In this document: positions 42,062 through 51,283 of the stretch, piece by piece
Layout of the letters: every line of letters starts with the position of its first letter
Numbering within the stretch: the stretch's first letter is position 1
DNA from: Escherichia phage KEP2
DNA: 64,000 nt
Sequence record: PP047752
Strand: one strand, 5' to 3'
The notes under the pieces: model-generated
Database searches by the model: none
The model's input: the letters and a program-made list of their open reading frames with translations, nothing else
What the model was told of the DNA's origin: nothing
Position numbers and translations under genes: made by a program

Positions 42062-44428
42062 ATGCGCATGGTAAACGACCACGCAGAAGTGATTAAGAGT
42101 TCAACTTCTTTAGAGACGTCTCAAGCACAGATTACAATGACGCCTGAAATGTTCAGTCTTTTGAGTTCTGGTGTATACACCTTTAAAGAAAGGGCAGTGA
42201 TTCGTGAACTGTCATGTAACGCAGTAGATGCTCAGAAAGAAGCTGGAAAAGAGAATATCCCGTTCCATGTGCATTTGCCTACTCGTTTTGAGCCTTACTT
42301 TGAAGTTCGTGATTTTGGAACTGGATTGACTCATGATAAAGTTATGAGTTTGTACCTAAACTATGGAGCTTCTACGAAGAATGACTCTAATGACTACATT
42401 GGTGCAATGGGTATCGGCTCAAAATCACCATTTGCAATTGCTCAGTCATTCACAGTGTCTAGCTATGTTGACGGTGTTGTTAATAAGTACTCTGTTTATC
42501 TTGAGAATGGTATCCCTCAAGTAACTAAACTGACCACTAACCCAACAAAAGAACCTAATGGTTTAGCTGTACGTGTAGCAGTTGCTGACCACCGTATCTC
42601 AAAGTTCTTTGAAGAAGCTGGTCATGTATACTCATACTTTGCTGTAAAACCAGAAAGTAATATCGAGTATGATGATGTATTAGCAGATATGAATGTCATT
42701 GCCCGTGAAGAAGGTGTTTATGATGCCATGATTCATAAGCAAAGCTGGCGTTCTAGTGGTAACAGGACAGAGTTTAACGTGGTAATGGGTAACATTGCCT
42801 ATCCAGTGAATATGGAAGCATTACTTGGTGATGATTTCTTCAAAGTATTGCCAGAATTTTTCCGTAGGAGCGTAGACCTTGTAAACATATACATGCCTAT
42901 TGGTTCAGTTGCTATCGCAGCTTCTCGTGAAGCATTGCAGATGAATGACACGACAAAAAATGTTATCATCGAGGCTACTAAAAAGATAACTGAAGCAATT
43001 ACAAAGGATGTTATCAAGAAAGTTAACAGTCAACCTACACTCATGGATGCTGCACAGGCTTATGCTGAGTTACGTTTGAACTCACGAGAGATGTTTAATG
43101 CTGTGTGTCCAAAGCTAGAGTGGGGAGGCGTTAAGCTTGATTCTCTGGAAGAAGAATTACTAAACATTCGTCGTGGAATTATCTACGCAGAAGACGGCTC
43201 AGTCATCTATGAACGTGACGGCAAAGGTAATATTAAGGTTGATAGGAACGGAAACAACATCCCTAAAGTAGATTATCTTTATAATCCAGTTGCTTATGTT
43301 AAGTTCAACTCTTTAGAGAGTAAGATTCGTGCAACATCGCTTTCCTACACTCAAGAGGCAAGTATGTTCAATATCTTTGGCGCAATGCGTAAAAGCCAAA
43401 TTGAACAGTTTTTGTTTGTTATAAATGACCGTCGCAATAAAAACGGCACTGAGAAGACTGTAGGACGCAACCAGATTCTACGTGGTGCATGTCGAGACTA
43501 TGCCAGCGAGTCAAGTCTGTTTCACAGATACAATGGTATTGTCTTTGTATTCTCTACTGAGAAAGAGCTAGATGATTTAATCAATCTGCACAAACTTGAT
43601 AAAAGCTTGTTAAAGATTGTGAAGATGTCTGATAAGGAACATCATTATCAGCGTAAAGAAGCTGTAAGAGGTGTTGTAAAACTCTGGAAAGCTGTTCCAG
43701 CAGAAGGTGTAGCTTCATACAAAGAGGTGTCAGAAGACTTAGATACGATTGAAGAGCCTCAGCTTTATATTAAGGCAGTAGGTGACACAGTTGATGGCGA
43801 ATGTTTTTGCTCATCTCCAGAAGATGTAGCTAAGTCAGTTGCCAATGTCATTGAAAAGACAGTCTATGTTTTCCGAAAAGCAAATTGGAAAAAGATACCA
43901 GAAGACTGGATTGAAGTAGATGAGAAGCTCTTGAACGACAGCTTAACTGATGTTCACTGGATTAATCATAACAGGTATATGACACGTATCTATATGAATG
44001 GTGTCCTTGACCTTACAAGCAGTTGGATTATTGCCAGAAACTTTACGTTCAATAACAGGAAGATTTCTCGTGGTTATTGTTATTCACGAGATACAAACAA
44101 AACTATCTTCTTAGAAGGTAATGAAGATACTGTTGAGGCAATGTTTGGTAAAATCCAATACGTTGCTGCACCGTTTGCATACACTTACACTATTAGCGTG
44201 TTGCAAGATTTGAAAAGGTGTCTTGACAATGATACAAAGCTTTACAAGAAAATTAAGAAAGCTGGTGACCGTATGGTCATTAAGGTGACAAACTATCTTT
44301 CAAAAAGAAAACAAGAAAACTTCTTGCTTTCTCATTTAGATTGGAATAAAGTGTCACCCATCGAAGTGAGTAAGTTCTTAGGCTTTGATGTGAAGTGTGT
44401 TCCAGAAGGGACTACAATTTACGATTAA
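42062..44428 (+). CDS. rIIA: rIIA-like protein with GHKL (Bergerat-fold) ATPase domain
   Basis: N-box ELSCNAVDA, G1 box VRDFGTGLT, G2 box GAMGIGSKS; 788 aa, followed by rIIB-sized gene. Confidence 0.55.
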   Translation: MRMVNDHAEVIKSSTSLETSQAQITMTPEMFSLLSSGVYTFKERAVIRELSCNAVDAQKEAGKENIPFHVHLPTRFEPYFEVRDFGTGLTHDKVMSLYLNYGASTKNDSNDYIGAMGIGSKSPFAIAQSFTVSSYVDGVVNKYSVYLENGIPQVTKLTTNPTKEPNGLAVRVAVADHRISKFFEEAGHVYSYFAVKPESNIEYDDVLADMNVIAREEGVYDAMIHKQSWRSSGNRTEFNVVMGNIAYPVNMEALLGDDFFKVLPEFFRRSVDLVNIYMPIGSVAIAASREALQMNDTTKNVIIEATKKITEAITKDVIKKVNSQPTLMDAAQAYAELRLNSREMFNAVCPKLEWGGVKLDSLEEELLNIRRGIIYAEDGSVIYERDGKGNIKVDRNGNNIPKVDYLYNPVAYVKFNSLESKIRATSLSYTQEASMFNIFGAMRKSQIEQFLFVINDRRNKNGTEKTVGRNQILRGACRDYASESSLFHRYNGIVFVFSTEKELDDLINLHKLDKSLLKIVKMSDKEHHYQRKEAVRGVVKLWKAVPAEGVASYKEVSEDLDTIEEPQLYIKAVGDTVDGECFCSSPEDVAKSVANVIEKTVYVFRKANWKKIPEDWIEVDEKLLNDSLTDVHWINHNRYMTRIYMNGVLDLTSSWIIARNFTFNNRKISRGYCYSRDTNKTIFLEGNEDTVEAMFGKIQYVAAPFAYTYTISVLQDLKRCLDNDTKLYKKIKKAGDRMVIKVTNYLSKRKQENFLLSHLDWNKVSPIEVSKFLGFDVKCVPEGTTIYD

Positions 44429-44433
44429 AGTGT

Positions 44434-44463
44434 TTGACAAGGGGCTTCAAAGCCCCTTAGAAT
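44434..44463 (+). promoter_or_regulatory. promoter with palindromic spacer: TTGACA-aGGGGCTTcaaAGCCCCt-TAGAAT
   Basis: -35 TTGACA 44434-44439, 18-nt spacer forming hairpin, TAGAAT 44458-44463; same architecture as small-gene cassettes. Confidence 0.45.
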
Positions 44464-44507
44464 AGCCTTACAAAATGATTTATTAACTAACAAGAGAGAG
44501 TAATAAG

Positions 44508-45617
44508 ATGACTACTAAAACTAAAGCACAGATTGACGCAGAAATTTACAAACTGGTTAAAGAAGGTAAGCTGACTAAAACAGCTATTGCACAGAAGTTC
44601 AATACTTCAACCCGTTCAGTTGGTCGTGCTGTAGAGCGTCATGAAGCAACCTTAAAAGGTAAGAAAAAGGCAACTTCTAAGCCAGCTAAGAAGACTCTAA
44701 AGCAAGTTGCTAAGTCAGTTAAAAAGAAAGCTGGAAAACCAGTTGAAAAGGTTGTTAAAGACACTGTACAGAAAGTTCCAGTAAATAAACTGCATGAAGC
44801 TATGCAGAAAGATGACAAGATTGAGTACATGATTACTGGTGACTCTGTAATTATGACTTACGGTTCAGAATCTGAAATTGTTGAGTCTACTCATCCGAAC
44901 TATCAAGAGATTGTAGTTCATGTTGTGAAAGGTGAGTTCAAGAAAGCTTTCGAACTGATGAACATTCGTAAATCTATCGAAAACTTCACTCAGGGTGCTA
45001 TCACAATCAAAGGTGACAAGCTATTCTACGGTGCTGTTGAGATGCGTTCTACTCTGGTTGACCGTATCCTTCACATGATGAAGACTGGTGATAAAGGTTT
45101 TGAACGACTTGTAATGTTCTTCGAAAAACTGATGGAAAACCCATCTAAAGATTCTGTAGAACAACTTTGGGGATTCGTATCTCACCTTGATGTTGAAATT
45201 GATGAAGAGGGTTACATCATTGGTTGGAAGAAAGTCTCTACTCGTGAAGGCAAGCTGGTTGACTCTCACACCTACAAAGTACCTAATGATTTGGGTAACA
45301 TTGTAGAGATGCCACGTTGGATGGTTGATAACAACCGTAACGTGACTTGCTCTCAGGGTCTTCATGTTGGTGCTTGGGATTATGTTCGTTGCTTCTCAGG
45401 TGATACAATCCTGAAGGTTCGTGTCCATCCACGAGATGTTGTATCTGTTCCGACTGATTACAACGATATGAAGATGCGTTCATCCCGTTATGAAGTTGCA
45501 GCAATCGTTGATAATCAACGTAAAGTGCTGGAAGCATGGGATGGTAAGACTGAAGCTTTGCATGTCATCGTTGGCACTGCTGGAGAACTCATCTCCCAAC
45601 GTAAACGTGAAATCTAA
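44508..45617 (+). CDS. rIIB: rIIB-like protein
   Basis: Assigned mainly by position after rIIA-like gene and size (369 aa). Confidence 0.4.
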   Translation: MTTKTKAQIDAEIYKLVKEGKLTKTAIAQKFNTSTRSVGRAVERHEATLKGKKKATSKPAKKTLKQVAKSVKKKAGKPVEKVVKDTVQKVPVNKLHEAMQKDDKIEYMITGDSVIMTYGSESEIVESTHPNYQEIVVHVVKGEFKKAFELMNIRKSIENFTQGAITIKGDKLFYGAVEMRSTLVDRILHMMKTGDKGFERLVMFFEKLMENPSKDSVEQLWGFVSHLDVEIDEEGYIIGWKKVSTREGKLVDSHTYKVPNDLGNIVEMPRWMVDNNRNVTCSQGLHVGAWDYVRCFSGDTILKVRVHPRDVVSVPTDYNDMKMRSSRYEVAAIVDNQRKVLEAWDGKTEALHVIVGTAGELISQRKREI

Positions 45618-45632
45618 TAAGTAATTTCTTAA

Positions 45633-45660
45633 AAGGCTGCTTCGGCGGCCTTTTTTATTT
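45633..45660 (+). terminator. intrinsic terminator
   Basis: AGGCTGC-ttcg-GCGGCCT followed by TTTTTTATTT. Confidence 0.5.
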
Positions 45661-45717
45661 GTATTTTGTGCAGAGTGCTGTATAATTGTTGTCACGATAA
45701 ACTAAACAGGAGAACCA

Positions 45718-46266
45718 ATGAAGAAGTTGATTCTAGGTTTGTGCTTAATGTTTACAGCACACTTATCTTATGCAGTTGACTGCCCAGAGCTATCAATTAG
45801 CCAAAAAGTAAACATGCTAAAAGCTTACCAGTATGGTGAGAATAATATGGGTAAAGGTTGGGGTATCACTCTAGCTGCTATAGCCTTACAAGAGTCAGAG
45901 TTAGGTCTGAAGGTAGAGAATAAAAAGACCCATGACTATGGTATTTTCCAGAATCACTTGAAGACTGTTGTAAAGCGTAACAAAATCAGTCCTAATGTGG
46001 CTAAAAAGAAACTCTTAAAAGATTTTGACTATGCTGCAAAGGAAACACACAAAGAGCTTGAGTTTTGGGCGAAGGTACATGGTCAACCAAAGTCAAAGAA
46101 GACTTTACAAAAAGTTTTAGCATCATATAATGCTGGGTATTCGTACAAAATACCTAAAGCTAAGAAATACTCTCAAGATGTCTATAACAATATGAAAGTT
46201 ATTGCTCAATGTGAATTTGCAACAAACATTTCTAAGGTAAATCATGAAAAAATTAAGAAAGTCTGA
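45718..46266 (+). CDS. secreted protein, possible lytic transglycosylase-like
   Basis: Signal peptide MKKLILGLCLMFTAHLSYA; ALQESELG ... DYGIFQ resembles SLT catalytic ES...GLMQ pattern; weak. Confidence 0.35.
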   Translation: MKKLILGLCLMFTAHLSYAVDCPELSISQKVNMLKAYQYGENNMGKGWGITLAAIALQESELGLKVENKKTHDYGIFQNHLKTVVKRNKISPNVAKKKLLKDFDYAAKETHKELEFWAKVHGQPKSKKTLQKVLASYNAGYSYKIPKAKKYSQDVYNNMKVIAQCEFATNISKVNHEKIKKV

Positions 46267-46939
46267 TGAAGTACTGTGTCATGCTTACGACTTGCATCCT
46301 CATGAGTTAGGTCTTGATTCCTGTGTATGGACTCCAGAACAGTGCAGGGATTTTGAAGATACTGCAAGAGAAGTTGTATGTTCACTTGAAGAGTTCCACA
46401 CATCAGAACCAATTGTGAACGTTGTGGACAAAGAGACTGTACAATCTATAGGTGTAAGACGTGACAGCTTAGTCATAGTCAATAAAGACCTTGTAGAAAA
46501 AGGTAACCTTATCTTAGCAGACATTGATGGTGTTCTTACAAATTTTAATCACGAAGATTACTCCACAGAGTTGACTGATGGGTCATTTTCGCAGTACACT
46601 AATCTTCTTGACTCTGTAAGAGCAAAACCAACGTATGTTTTTAGTATTATTGATGCAATTGCTAATCATGCTGCCATTGGACTCTTGACAGCAAGAGGTG
46701 AATCTCAGAGAATACCTACTGAGATGTTTTTAAGGCATAACATAGAGCATGACTACATGCTTTTTATGCGTGGTTTTGGAACTAACTCTATAAGTGCAGA
46801 AAGTTTGAAAGTCAGGATGATTCAGTCTTGCATTCTGCCTTACTTTAATATAGTATGTTTTATAGAAGATACAGAGAAGAATGTTCAGAAGGTAAACCGA
46901 ATCCTTCCACACATTAAAACCATGTTAGTTAAACATTGA
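46244..46939 (+). CDS. hypothetical protein, possible HAD-like hydrolase
   Basis: ILADIDGVL resembles HAD motif I (DxDGxL) but lies ~90 aa from N-terminus. Confidence 0.3.
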   Translation: MKKLRKSDEVLCHAYDLHPHELGLDSCVWTPEQCRDFEDTAREVVCSLEEFHTSEPIVNVVDKETVQSIGVRRDSLVIVNKDLVEKGNLILADIDGVLTNFNHEDYSTELTDGSFSQYTNLLDSVRAKPTYVFSIIDAIANHAAIGLLTARGESQRIPTEMFLRHNIEHDYMLFMRGFGTNSISAESLKVRMIQSCILPYFNIVCFIEDTEKNVQKVNRILPHIKTMLVKH

Positions 46940-46950
46940 GAGAAAAACTT

Positions 46951-47415
46951 ATGAACAATATCATTACGGTAGCACTGGACGATACGACAAACAAATCTGT
47001 AGTAGTTCGTAAAATGATTCAAGGTAACTTTGAAGGTAAAATTTTTCGTGCTGTTAATGTAAAAGCTGATGGCAGTATTCGTGAATATCGTGCATTGTTG
47101 AATGTTAAAAAGCACGTAAAAGGTGCTGGTTCAACGACTGCACACAAAGAAAACCTGATGACTATTTATGATATGGGTAAGGCTTCAGAGTTAGGTGCTG
47201 AAGGTATCGTTAAAGAAGGTGCTCCGTATCGCTCTTTCAATCTGGAAACTACTCTTATGCTTTCCTTTACAAGTGGTTCTAAAACAATCACTTACCTCTT
47301 TACTGATGCTGCAACGGTATCTGCTATCAAGGATAGCACTGTCAAAGCTGGCGTAGTTGCTGCTGCAAAAGCTTCTTCGATGGCTGCAAATATCCTTGCT
47401 AAAGTCCTCGGTTAA
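46951..47415 (+). CDS. hypothetical protein
   Basis: ORF-track start TTG; ATG at 46951. Confidence 0.3.
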   Translation: MNNIITVALDDTTNKSVVVRKMIQGNFEGKIFRAVNVKADGSIREYRALLNVKKHVKGAGSTTAHKENLMTIYDMGKASELGAEGIVKEGAPYRSFNLETTLMLSFTSGSKTITYLFTDAATVSAIKDSTVKAGVVAAAKASSMAANILAKVLG

Positions 47416-47426
47416 GGTTAAGATAC

Positions 47427-47450
47427 AGGCTCCTTCGGGAGCCTTTTTCA
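47427..47450 (+). terminator. intrinsic terminator
   Basis: AGGCTCC-ttcg-GGAGCCT followed by TTTTT. Confidence 0.55.
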
Positions 47451-47467
47451 TTTCAGGAGATTGTTAA

Positions 47468-47815
47468 ATGACATTTAAAGAGTTCTGTCAAGCCACTTTC
47501 ATAATTGTTTTCTTAGTTGGAGCAGGTGTCTGGGGAGGATACTCTTACAGAGACTATCAAGTTGCTGAAGCTGAGTTAAATAATGAGAAACTAATAAGTG
47601 TTGCTAAAGATGCTTATCAGGAAGGTTTAGCCACACTCAGCGCCAATTACAAAAATGATTTGAAAGATGTGCTTGCTAAGAATAAGCATACAAAAGAGGT
47701 ACTAACGTATGAAAAGACTAAGCCAGAGTTTTATAATGTTTGTGTTACTGATAATTATGTCAGGGTGTTCAACGAACAAAGTGAACAGTACATTCAAAAA
47801 CTCCCAAGTAAGTGA
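47468..47815 (+). CDS. putative i-spanin (Rz-like)
   Basis: N-terminal TM helix FIIVFLVGAGVWGG then periplasmic helical domain; contains overlapping lipoprotein ORF. Confidence 0.4.
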   Translation: MTFKEFCQATFIIVFLVGAGVWGGYSYRDYQVAEAELNNEKLISVAKDAYQEGLATLSANYKNDLKDVLAKNKHTKEVLTYEKTKPEFYNVCVTDNYVRVFNEQSEQYIQKLPSK

Positions 47816-47978
47816 GAGTGACAAGTACACTCAAGAAGAGTCAAGATTCACTGTCAAAGGTAATACTGGAAGTGATGTGGCAGCAGCCCTTGAATTTTAT
47901 CGTGATGGTTTTTACCAGTGCACAATCAAAGCTAATAACCTTATTGATATGATTTTATTAGGAAACAAACAGCAATGA
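47709..47978 (+). CDS. putative o-spanin (Rz1-like lipoprotein), overlapped architecture
   Basis: Starts inside preceding gene in another frame; signal peptide with lipobox-like IIMSGC. Confidence 0.4.
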   Translation: MKRLSQSFIMFVLLIIMSGCSTNKVNSTFKNSQVSESDKYTQEESRFTVKGNTGSDVAAALEFYRDGFYQCTIKANNLIDMILLGNKQQ

Positions 47979-48244
47979 CAGAGAATGAAGATACTTTTTA
48001 CGTAGAAGGGTACTTATTGTTACCACGACCAAAAGAAACTTATATGCGGATTGATTTCTCACCTACCATTATGGATAATGTGATGTGTCATATTTTTATG
48101 CAAGGTATAACAGCACAGCTTAAGCATGTTGGTAAAGAGTGCAAAATAAAGGTTGACACTCATCCAGAAATCAAAGAGAATCACTACACATGGTTCTTAC
48201 CAGACTCTAAAGAAATCTTAGCAGTTCTTAAAACGAGGAAATGA
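47975..48244 (+). CDS. hypothetical protein
   Basis: 89-aa ORF. Confidence 0.3.
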   Translation: MTENEDTFYVEGYLLLPRPKETYMRIDFSPTIMDNVMCHIFMQGITAQLKHVGKECKIKVDTHPEIKENHYTWFLPDSKEILAVLKTRK

Positions 48245-48552
48245 TTATGCAATTCCAGCCAACAAATCGTGGATTTTCTTATGCAGAATTTAAAGATGCT
48301 AAAGGGGAAATTTGTACTTTACAAGAAAGTTCATCATATGAACCATGTATCTGGTTAGGTGCTAAAGAGGTCTCTGTTCAGTACCTAGATGGTGGCTGGA
48401 AAACACTTGATATCCCAGCATTAGTAGGCAAAGATTTTGTAGGTAACCAAAGAATGAAACTCAATCAAGAACAGGTAAAAGAACTGTTGCCGTACCTTCA
48501 ATACTTTGCTGAAAATGGTGAATTACCAACAGAGGAACTTACAAATGGGTGA
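48241..48552 (+). CDS. hypothetical protein
   Basis: 103-aa ORF. Confidence 0.3.
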   Translation: MIMQFQPTNRGFSYAEFKDAKGEICTLQESSSYEPCIWLGAKEVSVQYLDGGWKTLDIPALVGKDFVGNQRMKLNQEQVKELLPYLQYFAENGELPTEELTNG

Positions 48553-48949
48553 CTGTGCAGATGATGCAGACCGTTGGGCTGAACTTCAAGACTTAAGAGC
48601 AGAGTTTAGAGACCTCTTAGTGAGGTCTTCTAAAACAAATGTAGAGTACACACAAAAGGATTTTCCAAAGGTTCCTTTGTATGTTATACACCAAAATAAT
48701 CTAATGAACTCTGGATTAAGTTTGCAACAAAGGATGGAAATTTGCCTAGCAAGGTATTACATTAATGTTGACGCCAAAGTTGGTGAAATGATTAAGTGTC
48801 CGTGCTGTAATCTTGAATTTAAGAAGAAGACATACCAACAAAAGTTTTGTGGAGTTAAAAAGAGAGGTCGCTCTAACTGTAAAGACTTCTTCTTTAATTT
48901 CACTGACTTAAAAAGAAATAACAGAGCTAAGTTCTTTATTGTGGGGTGA
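48545..48949 (+). CDS. hypothetical protein with C-terminal zinc-finger-like cysteines
   Basis: CPCCN...C; ATGGGTGA start/stop overlap with upstream gene; ORF-track start is TTG. Confidence 0.3.
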   Translation: MGDCADDADRWAELQDLRAEFRDLLVRSSKTNVEYTQKDFPKVPLYVIHQNNLMNSGLSLQQRMEICLARYYINVDAKVGEMIKCPCCNLEFKKKTYQQKFCGVKKRGRSNCKDFFFNFTDLKRNNRAKFFIVG

Positions 48950-48951
48950 TT

Positions 48952-49275
48952 ATGGAAGTGAACGGTAAAACCATTGTAGCTGTCATCCAAGATAGTGAAA
49001 AAGATATTGGTGTAGCACAAGTCACATATGGTAACGGCAAGTTCCTATATGGTGTTGTGGCAATGGTAGGGACAAGGGGTGATACAAAAACTTTCAAAGA
49101 TTGTGTTGACCTTCTTGAAGAATCCATCCACAATCATTGGTGTCTGATATGGATGACTGACAACGAAGTGGTAGAACGCTTCAAAAAGATTGGTATCAAC
49201 ATTGATAGTATTGAGCATGTTGATTTGTATGAGCTAACTGAGAAGGTAAACTATGAAAGCTCTAGAGGTAGTTGA
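48952..49275 (+). CDS. hypothetical protein
   Basis: ATG at 48952 (track start GTG 48946). Confidence 0.3.
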   Translation: MEVNGKTIVAVIQDSEKDIGVAQVTYGNGKFLYGVVAMVGTRGDTKTFKDCVDLLEESIHNHWCLIWMTDNEVVERFKKIGINIDSIEHVDLYELTEKVNYESSRGS

Positions 49276-49480
49276 CAAAGACACTGAAGAAGTCATATCT
49301 GCATGTGTTTTCATAAGCGATGACACAGTGATACCGTTTTACAACCTTGATGGCTTTAGTTTTACAGGGATAACTCCAGAAGAATACTTTGAAGACCTCA
49401 CCTTTGCCAGAATCTCTATAGATACATTCTATAAATGTTTCTATGATGAAGGTAAAGAGTTACGAGAAACTGAACTATAA
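49253..49480 (+). CDS. hypothetical protein
   Basis: 75-aa ORF. Confidence 0.3.
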   Translation: MKALEVVDKDTEEVISACVFISDDTVIPFYNLDGFSFTGITPEEYFEDLTFARISIDTFYKCFYDEGKELRETEL

Positions 49481-49491
49481 GGCGTATATTT

Positions 49492-49692
49492 ATGGCTGAC
49501 TTCTGCAAAGATTGTGCTATCGAAATGTTCGGACGTGATACAGGAGACTTAAAAGGTCTCATCACTGAAGATGACTTTAAAGCTGGCTATGCAATGCCAG
49601 TAATCTGTGAAGGTTGTGGATGTATCTGGGTAGACCACGAAGGACAACGTGTAAAACCTTCAGAAGATAAAGAATCTTGGGAGAGATGCTAA
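49492..49692 (+). CDS. small cysteine-rich protein
   Basis: CKDC...CEGCGC. Confidence 0.3.
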   Translation: MADFCKDCAIEMFGRDTGDLKGLITEDDFKAGYAMPVICEGCGCIWVDHEGQRVKPSEDKESWERC

Positions 49693-50478
49693 ATGGGTAT
49701 TGTAAAAATCATCAATGGGGATATCTTCTCCGCATTTGATAAAGGTAAGTTTGATATCATTGGTCACGGTTGCAACTGTATGAACTTAATGGGTGCAGGT
49801 ATCGCTGATAAGATTTCTAAACTTTACCCAAAAGCATATGAGACCGATACAGAAGTTTATCTGTATGCAGGTGGTATAGGCCACAAACCCTGTGAAAATT
49901 TACTAGGCAATTTCTCTGTAGCACGTTTAGAACAAGGCCGTATAGCTAACCTTTACACTCAGCTTAAGACTGGTAAAGATGCCCGATATAGTGCTTTAGA
50001 GTCATCTTTGAAACAGCTTAACAGATACTGTGAAGTCAATCAGTTGAAGAAAGTTGGGTTACCTATGATTGGTGCAGGTATCGGTGGACTAGACTCTCAA
50101 GCCGTCACAGTCATCATTAATCAGGTGATGAAGAGTGTAGATGTGTATCTGTATGTCTATGAAGGAGAGATGTACCACAAGTTACGCTCAGGTTGGAAGA
50201 ACTACTGTGAACCAGAATACTTTGCAGGTGTAGTAGTATTCACTAATGATGCAGTTACCCTCTTCAGACGAAGAAAAGGCAAGATACATCAAAGTAACCC
50301 TCCGGTTGAAAAGATGTCTCTAAGTAACGCTCTAGTTACCCACCTGTCGAAGAGCAATCACAGAATTGCAGTAACATTTGGCAGTGATGCAGATACATAT
50401 ATCTATGCAAGAACTGATGAGGATGTTGAGGAAATTTTCTCTTCACCGGAAGTAACCTTCTTAGACGCAAAGAACTAA
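49693..50478 (+). CDS. macro-domain-like protein (ADP-ribose binding/processing)
   Basis: NGDIF...DIIGHGCNCMNLMGAGIADKI ... VGLPMIGAGIGGLD parallels macro-domain GDIT...IVNAAN..GGGV ... FP.IS.G.YG pattern. Confidence 0.5.
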   Translation: MGIVKIINGDIFSAFDKGKFDIIGHGCNCMNLMGAGIADKISKLYPKAYETDTEVYLYAGGIGHKPCENLLGNFSVARLEQGRIANLYTQLKTGKDARYSALESSLKQLNRYCEVNQLKKVGLPMIGAGIGGLDSQAVTVIINQVMKSVDVYLYVYEGEMYHKLRSGWKNYCEPEYFAGVVVFTNDAVTLFRRRKGKIHQSNPPVEKMSLSNALVTHLSKSNHRIAVTFGSDADTYIYARTDEDVEEIFSSPEVTFLDAKN

Positions 50479-50551
50479 GAAACTCTGTAGAATATTCACA
50501 ATAGGTTAAGCCTTTCTTATCTGGTAAATTTTTCAGGTAAGGAGGGCTTTT

Positions 50552-50745
50552 TCATTTCAGGATTGTGCAGGTAGAGTTCTGGACAGAAATCTGTAGAGAA
50601 AATTTTGAACTCCAAAGAGAAAATTCATTTTCAAACTGTGCAGGTAATCTCCAAAGAGCTTTTTCATTTTCAAAACGTGCAGACCCCGCTCAGGTCGGGC
50701 AAGAAAAATCATTTTAGAATTGTGCAGGTAGGTGGGTGCAGGTGG
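50552..50745. repeat. four iteron-like repeats CATTT(T)CAnrAnTGTGCAGGTA
   Basis: Copies at ~50552, 50626, 50664 (degenerate) and 50710, plus GGTGGGTGCAGGTGGGG tail; non-coding. Confidence 0.5.
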
Positions 50746-50907
50746 GGATGTCGCCATTTCTCACAAGGCTACCACATCTGAAAAGAAAAGTCAACAGAAA
50801 AATTTGTAGCGGATTGAAAAATAATTCTTGATTGTAGTTCTGTTTTGTGGTAGTCGCGTGCGCCCGTTTCATTACAGCTTTTTGCAAAAATATTTTTAAA
50901 ATTCCTA

Positions 50908-50936
50908 TTGACTCTCTGACTATGGTTATTTAGTAT
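50908..50936 (+). promoter_or_regulatory. sigma70-like promoter TTGACT-17-TAGTAT
   Basis: Upstream of first gene of small-ORF array. Confidence 0.45.
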
Positions 50937-50986
50937 TTGCATCAGACAGGCAAACAAGCCTACTTCCTAAATTGGAGATTTAAAAA

Positions 50987-51193
50987 ATGATTTACAGCCG
51001 TGAATTGATGGTTACAACCAACGTTAATACAAAGGTAAAACGTTTTTACATGCAAGTGTGCGGCGCATGGCGTAGAATATCAGAAGCTGATTATTGCAAC
51101 TATGTAGAAACGGCAATCAATTCTAATTGCTACCTTACGAAGAATACAAAGCGACATATAAAACAGACAGCGGTTTACTATTACGATATATAA
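50987..51193 (+). CDS. small early-type protein (array gene 1)
   Basis: 68 aa; leader AAATTGGAGATTTAAAAAATG similar to cassette leader. Confidence 0.4.
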   Translation: MIYSRELMVTTNVNTKVKRFYMQVCGAWRRISEADYCNYVETAINSNCYLTKNTKRHIKQTAVYYYDI

Positions 51194-51200
51194 AAAGTAC

Positions 51201-51283
51201 TTTACAGGGGGCTTAAAAGCTGGTATCTTAAGCCCCAGATAAAGAGCTTTACTAAATTAACCCTTAAACTAGGAGATTCAAAA
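51201..51283 (+). promoter_or_regulatory. canonical promoter/stem-loop/leader cassette (copy a)
   Basis: TTTACA-17nt-TATCTT with spacer and -10 inside GGGGCTTAA...TTAAGCCCC hairpin, then AGATAAAGAGCTTTAC...CCTTAAACTAGGAGATTCAAAAATG. Confidence 0.55.

Noticed and set aside
50557-50957. Reverse-strand ORFs 50557..50757 and 50769..50957
   Set aside because: They lie within an iteron/promoter region, lack RBS and overlap obvious regulatory repeats; likely non-coding.
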